DNA of 64,000 bases from Gammaproteobacteria bacterium (GCA_038922795.1 JBCKWI010000001.1:24033-88032), one strand, 5' to 3'; shown: positions 45,558-54,872, counted from the stretch's first letter. The notes: a model not told the origin generated them from the letters alone. Numbers and translations are program-made.

Positions 45558-45890
45558 AACCGCTTCTTCTAATTTACTGCCGGCAATTGACTGCTGATAA
45601 TCTGAAATGACTTTCCCGATTTTCGGCGCTGCATAAGCAACCTGTTTTCGAGGTTGCCCAAGTAGTGGGGGTGTTATGTTCTTCCTTTAAGGCGTAAATA
45701 TGAAGATTGAGGAATATCATTTCCGGAATAAACCTGCATAGCTAAAGGACTAATCCATCAATTATGATTACAAGGACGAATATTGGCCCTGTTATCCTCA
45801 ACCGGATGAAATCTCATTACCCGGCGGTACTGGAACGGCGCCTTGGGAGAGCTGCAGCGGACAGAATCAGCACACTTGGCAGTCTTCGGA

Positions 45891-45919
45891 TTGCAGAAAT
45901 TCTGCTTTTCTGCCATACT
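45891..45919 (+). promoter_or_regulatory. Putative vapBC promoter with palindromic operator
   Basis: TTGCAG - 17 nt - CATACT. The palindrome GCAGAAATTCTGC (45893..45905) overlaps the -35. The ATG lies 8 nt after the -10. Confidence 0.4.
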
Positions 45920-45926
45920 GTCATGC

Positions 45927-46169
45927 ATGAAAACCACTCTCACGGTCACGAGCCGGGGCGTTGTGACCTTGCCCGCCAAGCTCCGTCAGGAACTCGGTAT
46001 TAAAGCTGATGATCAGTTGATCGCCGAGACCACCCCGGAAGGATTACTGCTGCGCCCTGCCGTTACTCTCCCGGTAGAGCTGTACAGCGAGAAACGGATC
46101 CGGGAGTTCGACAAAGCTGAATCCGATTTGAACAAAGTCCTGCGCCGTAGCAAGAAATCCACCCGCTGA
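45927..46169 (+). CDS. vapB: AbrB/MazE/SpoVT-type antitoxin (VapB-like)
   Basis: The start is placed at ATG 45927. MKTTLTVTSRGVVTLPAKLRQELGIKADDQLIAETTPEGLLLRP is a SpoVT/AbrB swapped-hairpin motif. Confidence 0.8.
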   Translation: MKTTLTVTSRGVVTLPAKLRQELGIKADDQLIAETTPEGLLLRPAVTLPVELYSEKRIREFDKAESDLNKVLRRSKKSTR

Positions 46170-46178
46170 TCGCAGTGG

Positions 46179-46592
46179 ATGCGGATCTTCCTTGACGCCA
46201 ACATTCTTTTTTCCGCCGCCAAGTCAGATGGCGCCGTAAGGCGATTGCTGACATTACTCATCGACGCCGGTCATGAGTGCTGGGTGAATAGTTATGTGCT
46301 GGAAGAAGCGCGGCGAAACCTGGTTATCAAAATACCTGAAAATCTTTCTGCTCTGGATGCCCTGCTGTCACAACTGCATCTGGCTGATATTTACTCACCC
46401 CTCACAGTCCCCAAAGCAGCGCTCAAACTGCCGGAAAAGGATCGGCCGGTACTCGCGGCGGCTATTCACCTCTACTGTGATGTATTGGTTACCGGGGACC
46501 GGACTCATTTCGGTTATTTGTATGGCAAGACAATTGATGGTGTAAAGATTTGCTCGCCACGATTACTTGCAGAGACACTGTTCCCTGTCTGA
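46179..46592 (+). CDS. vapC: PIN domain toxin (VapC-like)
   Basis: 137 aa. It has MRIFLDANILF, EEARRNL and VLVTGDRTHF, which give the acidic PIN residues. Confidence 0.8.
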   Translation: MRIFLDANILFSAAKSDGAVRRLLTLLIDAGHECWVNSYVLEEARRNLVIKIPENLSALDALLSQLHLADIYSPLTVPKAALKLPEKDRPVLAAAIHLYCDVLVTGDRTHFGYLYGKTIDGVKICSPRLLAETLFPV

Positions 46593-46638
46593 GTACTAAA
46601 TCACTTAATAAACACGTTTCATTCTGACTTAATAGATT

Positions 46639-47307
46639 TTATTTTTTCTTCTCTTCCAATTCGTACACATTAATAAAACCATCACGGTTCGGCATCTGCA
46701 CTTGGGGCAGGGTCCCGGCATTCATCTCGTCTTTCTCGCCGATGATATTGTTCAGGTATAAGAGATAGGCCGTGACGGCATAGACTTCATTATTGCTCAG
46801 TGCGCCCGGTGCGGTCATGGGCATGGAGCGGCGGGTCATATCAAAGATGGTCGTGGCATAGGGCCAGTAACTGCCGATGGTTTGTTCCGGATAGTCACTG
46901 GTCAATGCCATCTTTGCACCGGCGAGTGGGTCGGCCGTACCGCCCGCACCCTCAGGCCCATGACAGGCGACACAATGTTTTTCATATATCGCCTTGCCTG
47001 CCTGTGCCGTGCCTTTTCCTTCCGGTAGACCTTCACCATCCGGCATGATGCCGATGTCCCAGTGGGCGATTTCTTCAGGTGATGCGGGTTGGCCGAGGTT
47101 GGGGCTTTGGGGCGGGTTGGCATGGACGGGATTGAGGAAACTGAAAATTAATAGAACCGCCAACAGATTTTTTCCCTCACCCCTACCCTCTCCCGGAGGG
47201 AGAGGGAGACTGAAAGCTGAAAAATTATTTTGCTTAACCCCGCCCCGCCCCTCTTCCGGAGGGAGAGGGAGAATACTTGAATGACGAATTGAAGAAAGTG
47301 AGGACAT
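46639..47307 (-). CDS. Monoheme c-type cytochrome, partner subunit of the upstream molybdoenzyme (SorB/SoxD-like); start uncertain
   Basis: CVACHG heme site. Track ORF 46639..47469 overlaps the upstream gene. ATG 47307 follows the sorA-like stop (47321). The N-terminal 45 codons are encoded by two REP hairpins, then comes a signal-like LLAVLLIFSFLNPVHA. Confidence 0.7.
   Translation of the reverse strand: MSSLSSIRHSSILPLPPEEGRGGVKQNNFSAFSLPLPPGEGRGEGKNLLAVLLIFSFLNPVHANPPQSPNLGQPASPEEIAHWDIGIMPDGEGLPEGKGTAQAGKAIYEKHCVACHGPEGAGGTADPLAGAKMALTSDYPEQTIGSYWPYATTIFDMTRRSMPMTAPGALSNNEVYAVTAYLLYLNNIIGEKDEMNAGTLPQVQMPNRDGFINVYELEEKKK
47174..47271. repeat. Two REP-type hairpins, family CTCCCGGAGGGAGAGGG, inside the 5-prime part of the cytochrome ORF
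   Basis: ccctcacccctaccctctcccggagggagagggag and aaccccgccccgcccctcttccggagggagagggag. They translate as PLPPGEGRGEG / LPLPPEEGRGG. Confidence 0.8.
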
Positions 47308-47320
47308 GCTCAAAGCTTTC

Positions 47321-48685
47321 TTAATCCCAGCCGCTATCAATACTGATATCGTCAGTAGTCTTTGTAATGTCTTTTTCATCATAGATATGATTGACCACAC
47401 CCTCTTCATCGATTTTCCAGGTGACAATGGCGTTGTAATGGAAGAACCCGTGCCGGCCGCGCTCCGCAATCAATTTATCGCGTTCCGGTTGCACATAGCC
47501 GGTCTCATCCGTGGCACGGCTTTTCAGAATGGCCGGTTTGCCATTCCATTGCCAGGGAACACGGAAGCGGGTAAGTGACTGTGATAATACTGGTTCCTGC
47601 AATTCCGCCTCGGCCCAGCTCTTGCCGCCGTCAGCCGAGACCTCGACCTCTTTGATCTTGCCACGGCCGGACCAGGCCAACCCGGTGATCTGATACAGGC
47701 CGGGTTGTTTCAGGATCATATTCGCTGAAGGTGAAGTAATGAGCGACTTGGCTTCCATGACAAAAGTAAACATCCGTGCCTTGCCGTCCGGTTGCAATTC
47801 CGTATAGCGTGAGGTCTCATTGCGCGCCATGATCGGTTTGTCCGTGGCCTTCAACCTTCGCAACCATTTTACATTCAGTACCCCTTCCCAGCCGGGCAAG
47901 ATTAACCGTAAGGGATAACCATTTTCCGGGCGTATGCGCTCGCCATTCTGGTACAAGGCAAGCATGCCGTCCTGCATCGCCTTTTCGATCGGGATGCTGA
48001 TGTTCATGGCAAAGGCATCCGCGCCTTCCGTGATCAACCATTTAGCTTTTTCGGTGACACCCACTTCATTCAATATTGTTGCGAGCGGCACGCCAGTCCA
48101 TTCACTGCAGGAGACCAGCCCGTGAAAATAACCGGCCTCCGCTTTTGCTGGTGATTTATTCCAGCCCGCGTTACTGTTGCCGCCGCATTCCACAAAACAG
48201 ATGCGTGACTGCATCGGATAACGCAACAGATCTTCGATGTTGAAAAATGAAGGGTTCCTGACCAGACCATGGATCAGCAATTTGTGTTGTGCCGGATCGA
48301 CCTGCGGTACACCGTTATGATGGCGCTCAAAATGCAAACCGCTCGGGGTAATAGTCCCCTCCAGTTTATGCAGTGGTGTCCATGACACACCGTTGCCACT
48401 GACGTCGCGGTTGGCCGTCGGGAATCTCACCACCTCATCTTCATATTTCGACGGTGTGCCATAAATCGAAAACGGCGCGCCGGGTTCATGCAGCCACGGT
48501 GGATTGGCAGGATCAATTGGTGAATCAATATCTTTGGCGGAAATTACTTTGGGAACTGCTGATGCGGCAAGAGTCGCAACACTGAAGGTCAGGCCGGTTT
48601 TCAGAAACAGGCGCCGGTCCAAAAGACCGTTGCCGGCGATTGATTGTAAATCATCAACATCAGGCATATGTGGATTTTTTTTCAT
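47321..48685 (-). CDS. Molybdopterin-dependent sulfite dehydrogenase/oxidase family catalytic subunit (SorA/SoxC-like), Tat-exported
   Basis: 454 aa with a twin-arginine leader (LLDRRLFLKTGLTFSVATLAA). Sulfite-oxidase-family segments are present (ECGGNS, YPLRLILPGWEGVLNVKWLRRL). Confidence 0.75.
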   Translation of the reverse strand: MKKNPHMPDVDDLQSIAGNGLLDRRLFLKTGLTFSVATLAASAVPKVISAKDIDSPIDPANPPWLHEPGAPFSIYGTPSKYEDEVVRFPTANRDVSGNGVSWTPLHKLEGTITPSGLHFERHHNGVPQVDPAQHKLLIHGLVRNPSFFNIEDLLRYPMQSRICFVECGGNSNAGWNKSPAKAEAGYFHGLVSCSEWTGVPLATILNEVGVTEKAKWLITEGADAFAMNISIPIEKAMQDGMLALYQNGERIRPENGYPLRLILPGWEGVLNVKWLRRLKATDKPIMARNETSRYTELQPDGKARMFTFVMEAKSLITSPSANMILKQPGLYQITGLAWSGRGKIKEVEVSADGGKSWAEAELQEPVLSQSLTRFRVPWQWNGKPAILKSRATDETGYVQPERDKLIAERGRHGFFHYNAIVTWKIDEEGVVNHIYDEKDITKTTDDISIDSGWD

Positions 48686-48773
48686 TTAATGACAAAGTGC
48701 ACGACTATTTATAAATACCTTTGATTAATCCTGTCCCATAATTATTTATGTCAGGCCACCATGATAATAAACC

Positions 48774-48805
48774 GTCATACCGGCCATGGACTGGCCGGTA
48801 TCCAG
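48774..48805. repeat. REP-type hairpin, family GTCATWCYGG...ATCCAG
   Basis: gtcataccggccatggactggccggtatccag. Confidence 0.75.
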
Positions 48806-48912
48806 AAGCTGGAGCCTGTACCATACTTGATTACAGGAGATACCTTCCCTGGTGGCTGGATTGCGTACATTCCTGTACGCAACGACGATGATGGTATTTT
48901 GAGACAGGTTGC

Positions 48913-49821
48913 TTAACCAAACCAGCGTTGTATTTCATCGCAAGTCAATAAAAAAACACCTTCGCCGCCGCGCTCAAATTCCAGCCATAAAAATGGCACA
49001 TCCGGATACTGCTCGCTTAATGCATGCTGGCTGTTGCCGACCTCTACTACTATTACACCGTTTTCCGTCAGATGCTGACTGGCTGTATTTAATATGCGGC
49101 GTACAATATCCGACCCATCGGGTCCGGCATGTAGTCCCAACGCCGGTTCATGCTGATACTCCGCGGGCAAAGCCGCCATGTCTTCATCATCTACATAAGG
49201 CGGATTGGCAATAATCAGATCATATTGTTTGTCCTTGGTTTCATCGAACAGATCAGATTCGATCAGCGTTAAACGATTCTGCAATCCATGACGTTCAACA
49301 TTTCTTTTGGCCACGGCCAGGGCTTCTGCACTGATGTCGACGGCATCGACTTTTGCATCAGGAAATGCCAGTGCACTGGCAATGGCAATACATCCGCTGC
49401 CGGTGCCGATATCGAGAATGGATTTCACATTAACGGCATCGCACCAGGGTGAAAATTGTTCTGCAATCAATTCGGCGAATGGCGAACGTGGCACCAGCAC
49501 GTGTTCATTGACATAAAACGGCAGCCCCGCAAACCAGGCTTCATTGAGCAGATAGGCCGCGGGTTTCCGGGTGCTGATGCGTTCATTGATGAGCGAAACT
49601 ACCTTGTCTATTGCTAATGCATCCAGAGGTTGATCCAGTATTTTGTCAGATACATCAAATGGCAGACCCAGCGATCGCAAGACCATGAATACTGCTTCAT
49701 CGTACGCATTGTCCGTCCCGTGACCGTAATACAGTTCACTGGATTCAAATTGTTCTGATGCCCAGTCGATCAACTGGTGTGGTGTTGCTGTTGATATTTC
49801 AGTATTGTGTGAGAAGCGCAT
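48913..49821 (-). CDS. prmB: Ribosomal protein L3 N5-glutamine methyltransferase PrmB
   Basis: 302 aa. The SAM motif is ILDIGTGSGCIA and the NPPY motif is IIANPPYVD. The N-terminal domain is typical of PrmB. Confidence 0.85.
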   Translation of the reverse strand: MRFSHNTEISTATPHQLIDWASEQFESSELYYGHGTDNAYDEAVFMVLRSLGLPFDVSDKILDQPLDALAIDKVVSLINERISTRKPAAYLLNEAWFAGLPFYVNEHVLVPRSPFAELIAEQFSPWCDAVNVKSILDIGTGSGCIAIASALAFPDAKVDAVDISAEALAVAKRNVERHGLQNRLTLIESDLFDETKDKQYDLIIANPPYVDDEDMAALPAEYQHEPALGLHAGPDGSDIVRRILNTASQHLTENGVIVVEVGNSQHALSEQYPDVPFLWLEFERGGEGVFLLTCDEIQRWFG

Positions 49822-49838
49822 AACCAGTTAATGTCCTG

Positions 49839-49929
49839 CTCCCTCGCCCCAACCCCTCTCCCGGAGGGAGAGGGATATTATATGGGCCCTCGCCCACTGG
49901 GAGAGGGCGGCGTAAGCGGGTGAGGGAGG
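49839..49929. repeat. Two REP-type hairpins, family CTCCCGGAGGGAGAGGG / related
   Basis: ctccctcgccccaacccctctcccggagggagaggga and gggccctcgcccactgggagagggcggcgtaagcgggtgagggagg. Confidence 0.75.
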
Positions 49930-49958
49930 TATGTAATACCCGATGAAATTGAATATCC

Positions 49959-51584
49959 TTAATTAAACGGTGGTGGAACATAACCGGGGATACTGTTCAC
50001 ATCAAACTCATCGATCTGTTCCGGATCAAGATGTTCTTTCGCGTATTTGAGATAGATCTGGTCCCACATGAAGATATCAAATAAATCCGGATCAACATGC
50101 TGATCCTGCTTCATGCGACCCAAGATGGTCAATGATTTTGACAGGGACATGGCCTTTTTATAAGGCCGGTCTTTTGCCGTCAGTGCCTCAAACACATCGG
50201 CAATTGCCACCATGCGCGCGGGTACAGACATCTCTTCTTTTTTCAGTTTATTCGGATAGCCGGTGCCGTCCATTTTTTCGTGATGCCCGCCGGCAAATTC
50301 CGGTACACGTTTTAAATGTTTGGGATATGGCAAGGATTCGAGCATCTTGATCGTCACGGCGACATGGTTGTTGATGATCTCACGTTCCCGGTAACTCAAA
50401 GTTCCCCGGCCAATCTTCAGGTTCTGGCTTTCCTCTTCGTTCAGTATATATTCCGGCTGGCCGGCAACCGTCCGCCATTGATAACCTGCAATCCGGTCAA
50501 TTTTCTTTATTGCCTCATCCGAGATCACCTCACCACCAACATTGCAGGTCCGGATAAACTGCCGGTCCGCATCAAGCCGGTCAAGTTCGTCATTGAGTTC
50601 CTTGTCTTTAAACTCTGTAACTCCCATTGCAGTTAGCCTGCGTTTCAGTGCAGCGATCTCGGCATCACGTTTCAGCACTTCAAATCGTGCATCCACCAGC
50701 TGGATACGATCAAAAATAGTCTCCAGCTTGGTGGACTTGTCCACCACGTATTCCGGCGTGGTGATCTTGCCGCAATCATGCAACCAGGCCGCGACATCCA
50801 GTTCGTATTTCTCCTCTTCCGTCATGCTGAAATCCTTAAGCGGACCATATGAAATCCTGCAGGCTGCATCGGCAATCAGATTGGTCAGTACCGGCACACG
50901 CCGGCAATGACCGGCGGTATAAGGTGATTTTTCGTCGATGGCATTGGCGATCAACTGGATCAGGGCATCGAATAATTGTTTCTGTGCATCAATCAGTGAT
51001 TTGTTGGTGATCGTCACCGCCGCCTGCGAGGCGAGCGATTCAACCAGTTGCTGATCGAGCTCGGAAAATGGTTTAACTTTACCTGTAGGCGGATCCTTCG
51101 CATTAATCAACTGCAGAACGCCGATAATTTTGTTTTCATGATTGGTCATCGGCACGGTCAGGAATGATTGAGACCGGTAGCTGGTTTTCTGATCAAATTT
51201 GCGCGTGCCGGAAAAATCAAATTCCTCACTTGAATAGGCATCGGGAATATTAATTGTCTTGTTTCCCAGTACCGCACAGGCCGCAACATTATGTTTGTTA
51301 GGGGTGCCATCTTCCTTGAATAAACGGACCGGAGAGAAGGGTATTTCTTCTCCACCGGCACCGCCCATGTGGATAAAGAGAGAATCAGTATGCATGATCT
51401 CGAACTTGAGCTGGTCATCCTCGGTGCGGCTGTAGAGCGTACCGCCGTCGGCGTTGGTGATCTCCTTGGCCCGCATCAGGATCATTTCCAGCAGGCGCCC
51501 GTGGTCCTTTTCCGCGGACAGGGCGATGCCGATGGCATTCAGCTCACCGAGCAGCTTGGGCAAGTCTGTTTTTGAAATATCCAT
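49959..51584 (-). CDS. GAF domain + HD-GYP domain protein (c-di-GMP phosphodiesterase family)
   Basis: 541 aa with an N-terminal GAF-like region. HD is LHDCGK and GYP is HHEKMDGTGYP. Confidence 0.85.
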   Translation of the reverse strand: MDISKTDLPKLLGELNAIGIALSAEKDHGRLLEMILMRAKEITNADGGTLYSRTEDDQLKFEIMHTDSLFIHMGGAGGEEIPFSPVRLFKEDGTPNKHNVAACAVLGNKTINIPDAYSSEEFDFSGTRKFDQKTSYRSQSFLTVPMTNHENKIIGVLQLINAKDPPTGKVKPFSELDQQLVESLASQAAVTITNKSLIDAQKQLFDALIQLIANAIDEKSPYTAGHCRRVPVLTNLIADAACRISYGPLKDFSMTEEEKYELDVAAWLHDCGKITTPEYVVDKSTKLETIFDRIQLVDARFEVLKRDAEIAALKRRLTAMGVTEFKDKELNDELDRLDADRQFIRTCNVGGEVISDEAIKKIDRIAGYQWRTVAGQPEYILNEEESQNLKIGRGTLSYREREIINNHVAVTIKMLESLPYPKHLKRVPEFAGGHHEKMDGTGYPNKLKKEEMSVPARMVAIADVFEALTAKDRPYKKAMSLSKSLTILGRMKQDQHVDPDLFDIFMWDQIYLKYAKEHLDPEQIDEFDVNSIPGYVPPPFN

Positions 51585-51655
51585 CCTGCTCCGCTTATCG
51601 TTATTATATAAATGACACTATACTATAAATACCAATTATAACGGGCCACCAGACA

Positions 51656-52450
51656 ATGTATAAATCTCTCACTATCCTGATACTCTTCATGCTGCCCTGT
51701 ACCCTTGTGGCTGAAGAGGGGGAAAAACCCGAATTTACCGAAGATCAGTTAAACCGGCTCAAGGCGGCGGAAGATAAATACAAGGACAACCCCGAGGTGA
51801 TGAACCTGATCCAGAAGATTAAGGAACAATCAGGACTGACTGAAGAAACAACGGAAGCCCCGGCGGCGCCTCCACCCACTCAAGAACCAGCCCTGCAAGG
51901 GGACCGCGGTATTGCGGAAGCCGCTTACAAAAACAGGGATTACGCTACGGCCATTGAACATTACAAGGCCCTGGCTACCGAAGGTGATGCGGAGGCCAGC
52001 CTGAAACTTGGCACAATGTATGAGACGGGCAAAGGCACGGACAAAGATTCTGCGGCTGCCCATGCGTGGTATAAAAAGGCCGCTGATGAGGGTGATGACC
52101 GCGCCAAAATGTTTCTCAAATCAATTGAAAAAACCTCAATGTCTGAAGAGGATCTGGCCAGAGCAGAAGAAAACTACGAGCAAATCAGCAAGGAGCCCGG
52201 TGGTGAGTCCATTGCTGGCGATAAAGGCCAGACTGATGCCGGTATTGATTCTGCGATAAGATTTTCCCTGATTCCGGGGGCAACCCCTGGTCAGTGGAAA
52301 AGCACCGGTTACACTGACACCAGAGAAGTTAAAATTTCACCAGAAAAATTTAACCCGATGCAGCACCCCAAACCCGCTCTGAACGACAAACATCTTCAAC
52401 CACGCAAGTTCAACCGTCTGTCTCCGTCTGAAACCACAACGGATAGTTGA
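51656..52450 (+). CDS. Sel1-repeat (TPR-like) secreted protein
   Basis: 264 aa with a signal peptide. Sel1 units include AEASLKLGTMYETGKGTDKDSAAAHAWYKKAADEGDDRA. Confidence 0.75.
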   Translation: MYKSLTILILFMLPCTLVAEEGEKPEFTEDQLNRLKAAEDKYKDNPEVMNLIQKIKEQSGLTEETTEAPAAPPPTQEPALQGDRGIAEAAYKNRDYATAIEHYKALATEGDAEASLKLGTMYETGKGTDKDSAAAHAWYKKAADEGDDRAKMFLKSIEKTSMSEEDLARAEENYEQISKEPGGESIAGDKGQTDAGIDSAIRFSLIPGATPGQWKSTGYTDTREVKISPEKFNPMQHPKPALNDKHLQPRKFNRLSPSETTTDS

Positions 52451-52462
52451 AATATCGGACAT

Positions 52463-54361
52463 TTATTTCCCCGGGGTTTTTTCACCCAACCGCAGAAACA
52501 TATTATTGAGACGCCGCACAAAACCGGCCGGATCCTCGAGCTGGCCACCCTCACTCAGCAGCGCCTGTTCGAATAATATATTTGACCAGTCGGAAAAAAC
52601 GTCTTGATCGGCTTCCTGTTCTAACCTTGCTATGACCGGGTGTTCAGGATTGATTTCAAGTACGGGTTTGCTGGCCGGGATCTTTTGTCCTGAGGCCTTG
52701 AGTATGCGCTCCAGGGTGCGGCCCATGTCGTGTTCATCCGCCACCAGACAGGCTGGTGATGACGTCAGTCTTTGGGTGGTACGTACATCCTTGACCCGCG
52801 ACTCCAGAACCTTTTTGATCCGGTCAGTGAGTTCATTCAATTCCTTGTTAACTGCAGCGGATTTATCATTGTCTTTTTTCTCTTTCTCATCACCCAGGGC
52901 CAGTTCGCCTTTCATGACGGATTGCAAGGGCTTGCCGGCAAATTCATTGAGGTGCGTAGTCACCCATTCATCAATCGGATCCGACATCAGCAGGACTTCA
53001 ATACCCTTCTTGCGGAAGATTTCAAGATGAGGACTGTTTTTAGCCGTGACAAAACTGTCAGCAGTAATATAGTAGATGGCCTTCTGATCCTGTTGCACCC
53101 GGCCCACGTAGTCTTCCAGCGAGACCGTCTGCTCTTCGCGGTCTGCATGCGTGGAGGAAAACCGGAACAATTTTGCCAGGTCTTCACGCTTGTCCGTTTC
53201 TTCGATCACCCCTTCCTTCAGTACACGCCCGAATTCGTTCCAGAATTCACTGTATTTATCCGGCTCTTTCCTGGCCATGTCTTTAAGCAGCCCGAGGATC
53301 TTTTTCGTACAACCGGAGCGGATGGCGCCGATAGTTTTATTGTGCTGCAATATTTCCCGCGAGACATTCAGTGGCAGGTCATCGGAATCCACTACCCCCC
53401 TGATAAAGCGCAGATAAGACGGGACCAATTGTTCCGCATCATCCATGATGAACACACGCTTGACATAGAGTTTTACCCCTTGCCGTTGCTGCCGGTCCCA
53501 GAGATCAAATGGCGCATGCGCCGGAATAAACAGCAGGCTGGTATATTCAAGCTTGCCTTCAACCTTGTGGTGCAGCCGGGTCAGTGGTGGCTGGAAATCA
53601 TGGGAGACATGTTTGTAAAATTCCTGATATTCCTCATCACTGATGTCCTTTTTATTGCGCGTCCACAAGGCGGTTGCACTGTTAACCGTTTCCTCGCCTT
53701 TTTCATCCTGGCCTTCGACCGGCATCACGATGGGCAGGGAAATGTGATCCGAATAACGCTTGATAATACCGCGCAGACGATGCCCATCCAGGAATTCCTT
53801 TGCCTCATTGCGCAGATACAAAACGACTTTGGTGCCACGTTTGGGCCGGTCAAGCGTTTCTACCGTGTATTCACCTTCTCCACTGGACGTCCAGCGGACA
53901 CCTTCCGTCCTTGGCAGCCCGGCACGCCGTGATGACACCTCCACTTTTTCCGCCACAATGAAAGTTGAATAAAAACCGACGCCGAACTGGCCGATCAACT
54001 GGGCATCCTTGCTCTGATCACCGGTCAGGGATTCAAAAAACTGGCGGGTACCGGATTTGGCGATGGTACCGAGGTGTTCGATGATTTCATCACGCGACAT
54101 CCCGATACCATTGTCGGTGACACTGATGGTTTTCTGCTTCTTGTCATATTCAACCCGTATCCTCAGTTCAGCATCATCCTCATGGAGGCCATCATTTTGC
54201 AGTGCCTCAAAACGCAATTTGTCCGCTGCATCAGATGCATTCGAAATCAACTCGCGGAGAAATATCTCCCTGTTGCTGTAAAGTGAGTGGATCATCAGAT
54301 CCAGCAACTGCCGGACCTCGGCCTGAAACCCGCGGGTTTCCTGTCTGGCTTCAACGCCCAT
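52463..54361 (-). CDS. htpG: Molecular chaperone HtpG (Hsp90)
   Basis: 632 aa. It has [38 protein letters not shown] and GQFGVGFYS. Confidence 0.97.
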   Translation of the reverse strand: MGVEARQETRGFQAEVRQLLDLMIHSLYSNREIFLRELISNASDAADKLRFEALQNDGLHEDDAELRIRVEYDKKQKTISVTDNGIGMSRDEIIEHLGTIAKSGTRQFFESLTGDQSKDAQLIGQFGVGFYSTFIVAEKVEVSSRRAGLPRTEGVRWTSSGEGEYTVETLDRPKRGTKVVLYLRNEAKEFLDGHRLRGIIKRYSDHISLPIVMPVEGQDEKGEETVNSATALWTRNKKDISDEEYQEFYKHVSHDFQPPLTRLHHKVEGKLEYTSLLFIPAHAPFDLWDRQQRQGVKLYVKRVFIMDDAEQLVPSYLRFIRGVVDSDDLPLNVSREILQHNKTIGAIRSGCTKKILGLLKDMARKEPDKYSEFWNEFGRVLKEGVIEETDKREDLAKLFRFSSTHADREEQTVSLEDYVGRVQQDQKAIYYITADSFVTAKNSPHLEIFRKKGIEVLLMSDPIDEWVTTHLNEFAGKPLQSVMKGELALGDEKEKKDNDKSAAVNKELNELTDRIKKVLESRVKDVRTTQRLTSSPACLVADEHDMGRTLERILKASGQKIPASKPVLEINPEHPVIARLEQEADQDVFSDWSNILFEQALLSEGGQLEDPAGFVRRLNNMFLRLGEKTPGK

Positions 54362-54409
54362 TGTTAACTAACCCCCTGTTCGATAATTCAAAAAATTCTG
54401 GTGAACTTA

Positions 54410-54437
54410 ATATGGTGACAAGGGCCCATAATTCAAG
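54410..54437 (-). promoter_or_regulatory. Sigma-32 (heat shock) type promoter of htpG
   Basis: Minus strand reads CTTGAAT - tatgggcccttgt - CACCATAT, compared with consensus CTTGAAA-N13/14-CCCCATNT. It lies about 48 nt upstream of the ATG. Confidence 0.6.
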
Positions 54438-54538
54438 CCTCAAATATATGGCAGGATTTTTCCATCCAAGATTGCCTTACACCATGTTAAAGTCCATAAT
54501 TGGATGAGAAGTTTACAATATCCTAGCGAGGATCAACC

Positions 54539-54793
54539 ATGAAGAAATACCTGAAACAACTTGGCCAGGGCATGACGGAATACATTATTATCGTGGCACT
54601 TATTGCCATTGCGGCTATTGCAGTATATTCCATTTTTGGCGACGTCGTTCGCAGCCAGGTCGGCGGCATGGCTGAAGAACTGGCGGGCAAGGATGGGGCC
54701 ACAACCGCAGCCAAATCCGATGCAGCGGCAGGCAAAGCCGCCACGGCTGGTGATGCCAAAACGCTGGATAACTTTGCTGAAGGTCAACCATAA
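54539..54793 (+). CDS. flp: Flp/Fap family type IVb pilin (long variant)
   Basis: 84 aa. MKKYLKQLGQG|MTEYIIIVALIAIAAIAVY is a Flp-type prepilin leader and hydrophobic stem. RBS is gcgaggatcaaccATG. Confidence 0.75.
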   Translation: MKKYLKQLGQGMTEYIIIVALIAIAAIAVYSIFGDVVRSQVGGMAEELAGKDGATTAAKSDAAAGKAATAGDAKTLDNFAEGQP

Positions 54794-54872
54794 CGTTAGC
54801 ATTTGATTCATCTGCTATTCAGTCAGGGATACTTAATAACAAAAACATTTTAACTAAGGTCCTGGCTGGCCG

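Noticed and set aside
46639-47469. 276-aa version of the cytochrome ORF
   Set aside because: Its first 54 codons overlap the 3-prime end of the sorA-like gene in another frame. A start at or after 47307 is more plausible.
49799-49981. 60-aa ORF with PLPPGEGLGRG and similar ORFs at 46994..47284
   Set aside because: They are translations of REP hairpins (CTCCCGGAGGGAGAGGG family), not genes.
52772-53932. 386-aa plus-strand ORF, plus 302-aa ORF 32949..33857, 249-aa ORF 61520..62269, and ORFs 63305..63919 and 63541..63990
   Set aside because: All are antisense to strongly recognisable genes (htpG, aroC, cpaC, cpaF). They show no family motifs and are typical shadow ORFs.
54440-54538. Sigma-54 type promoter (TGGCAG-N..-TTCCA) upstream of flp
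   Set aside because: The -12 element lacks the conserved GC, and the spacing is not convincing.
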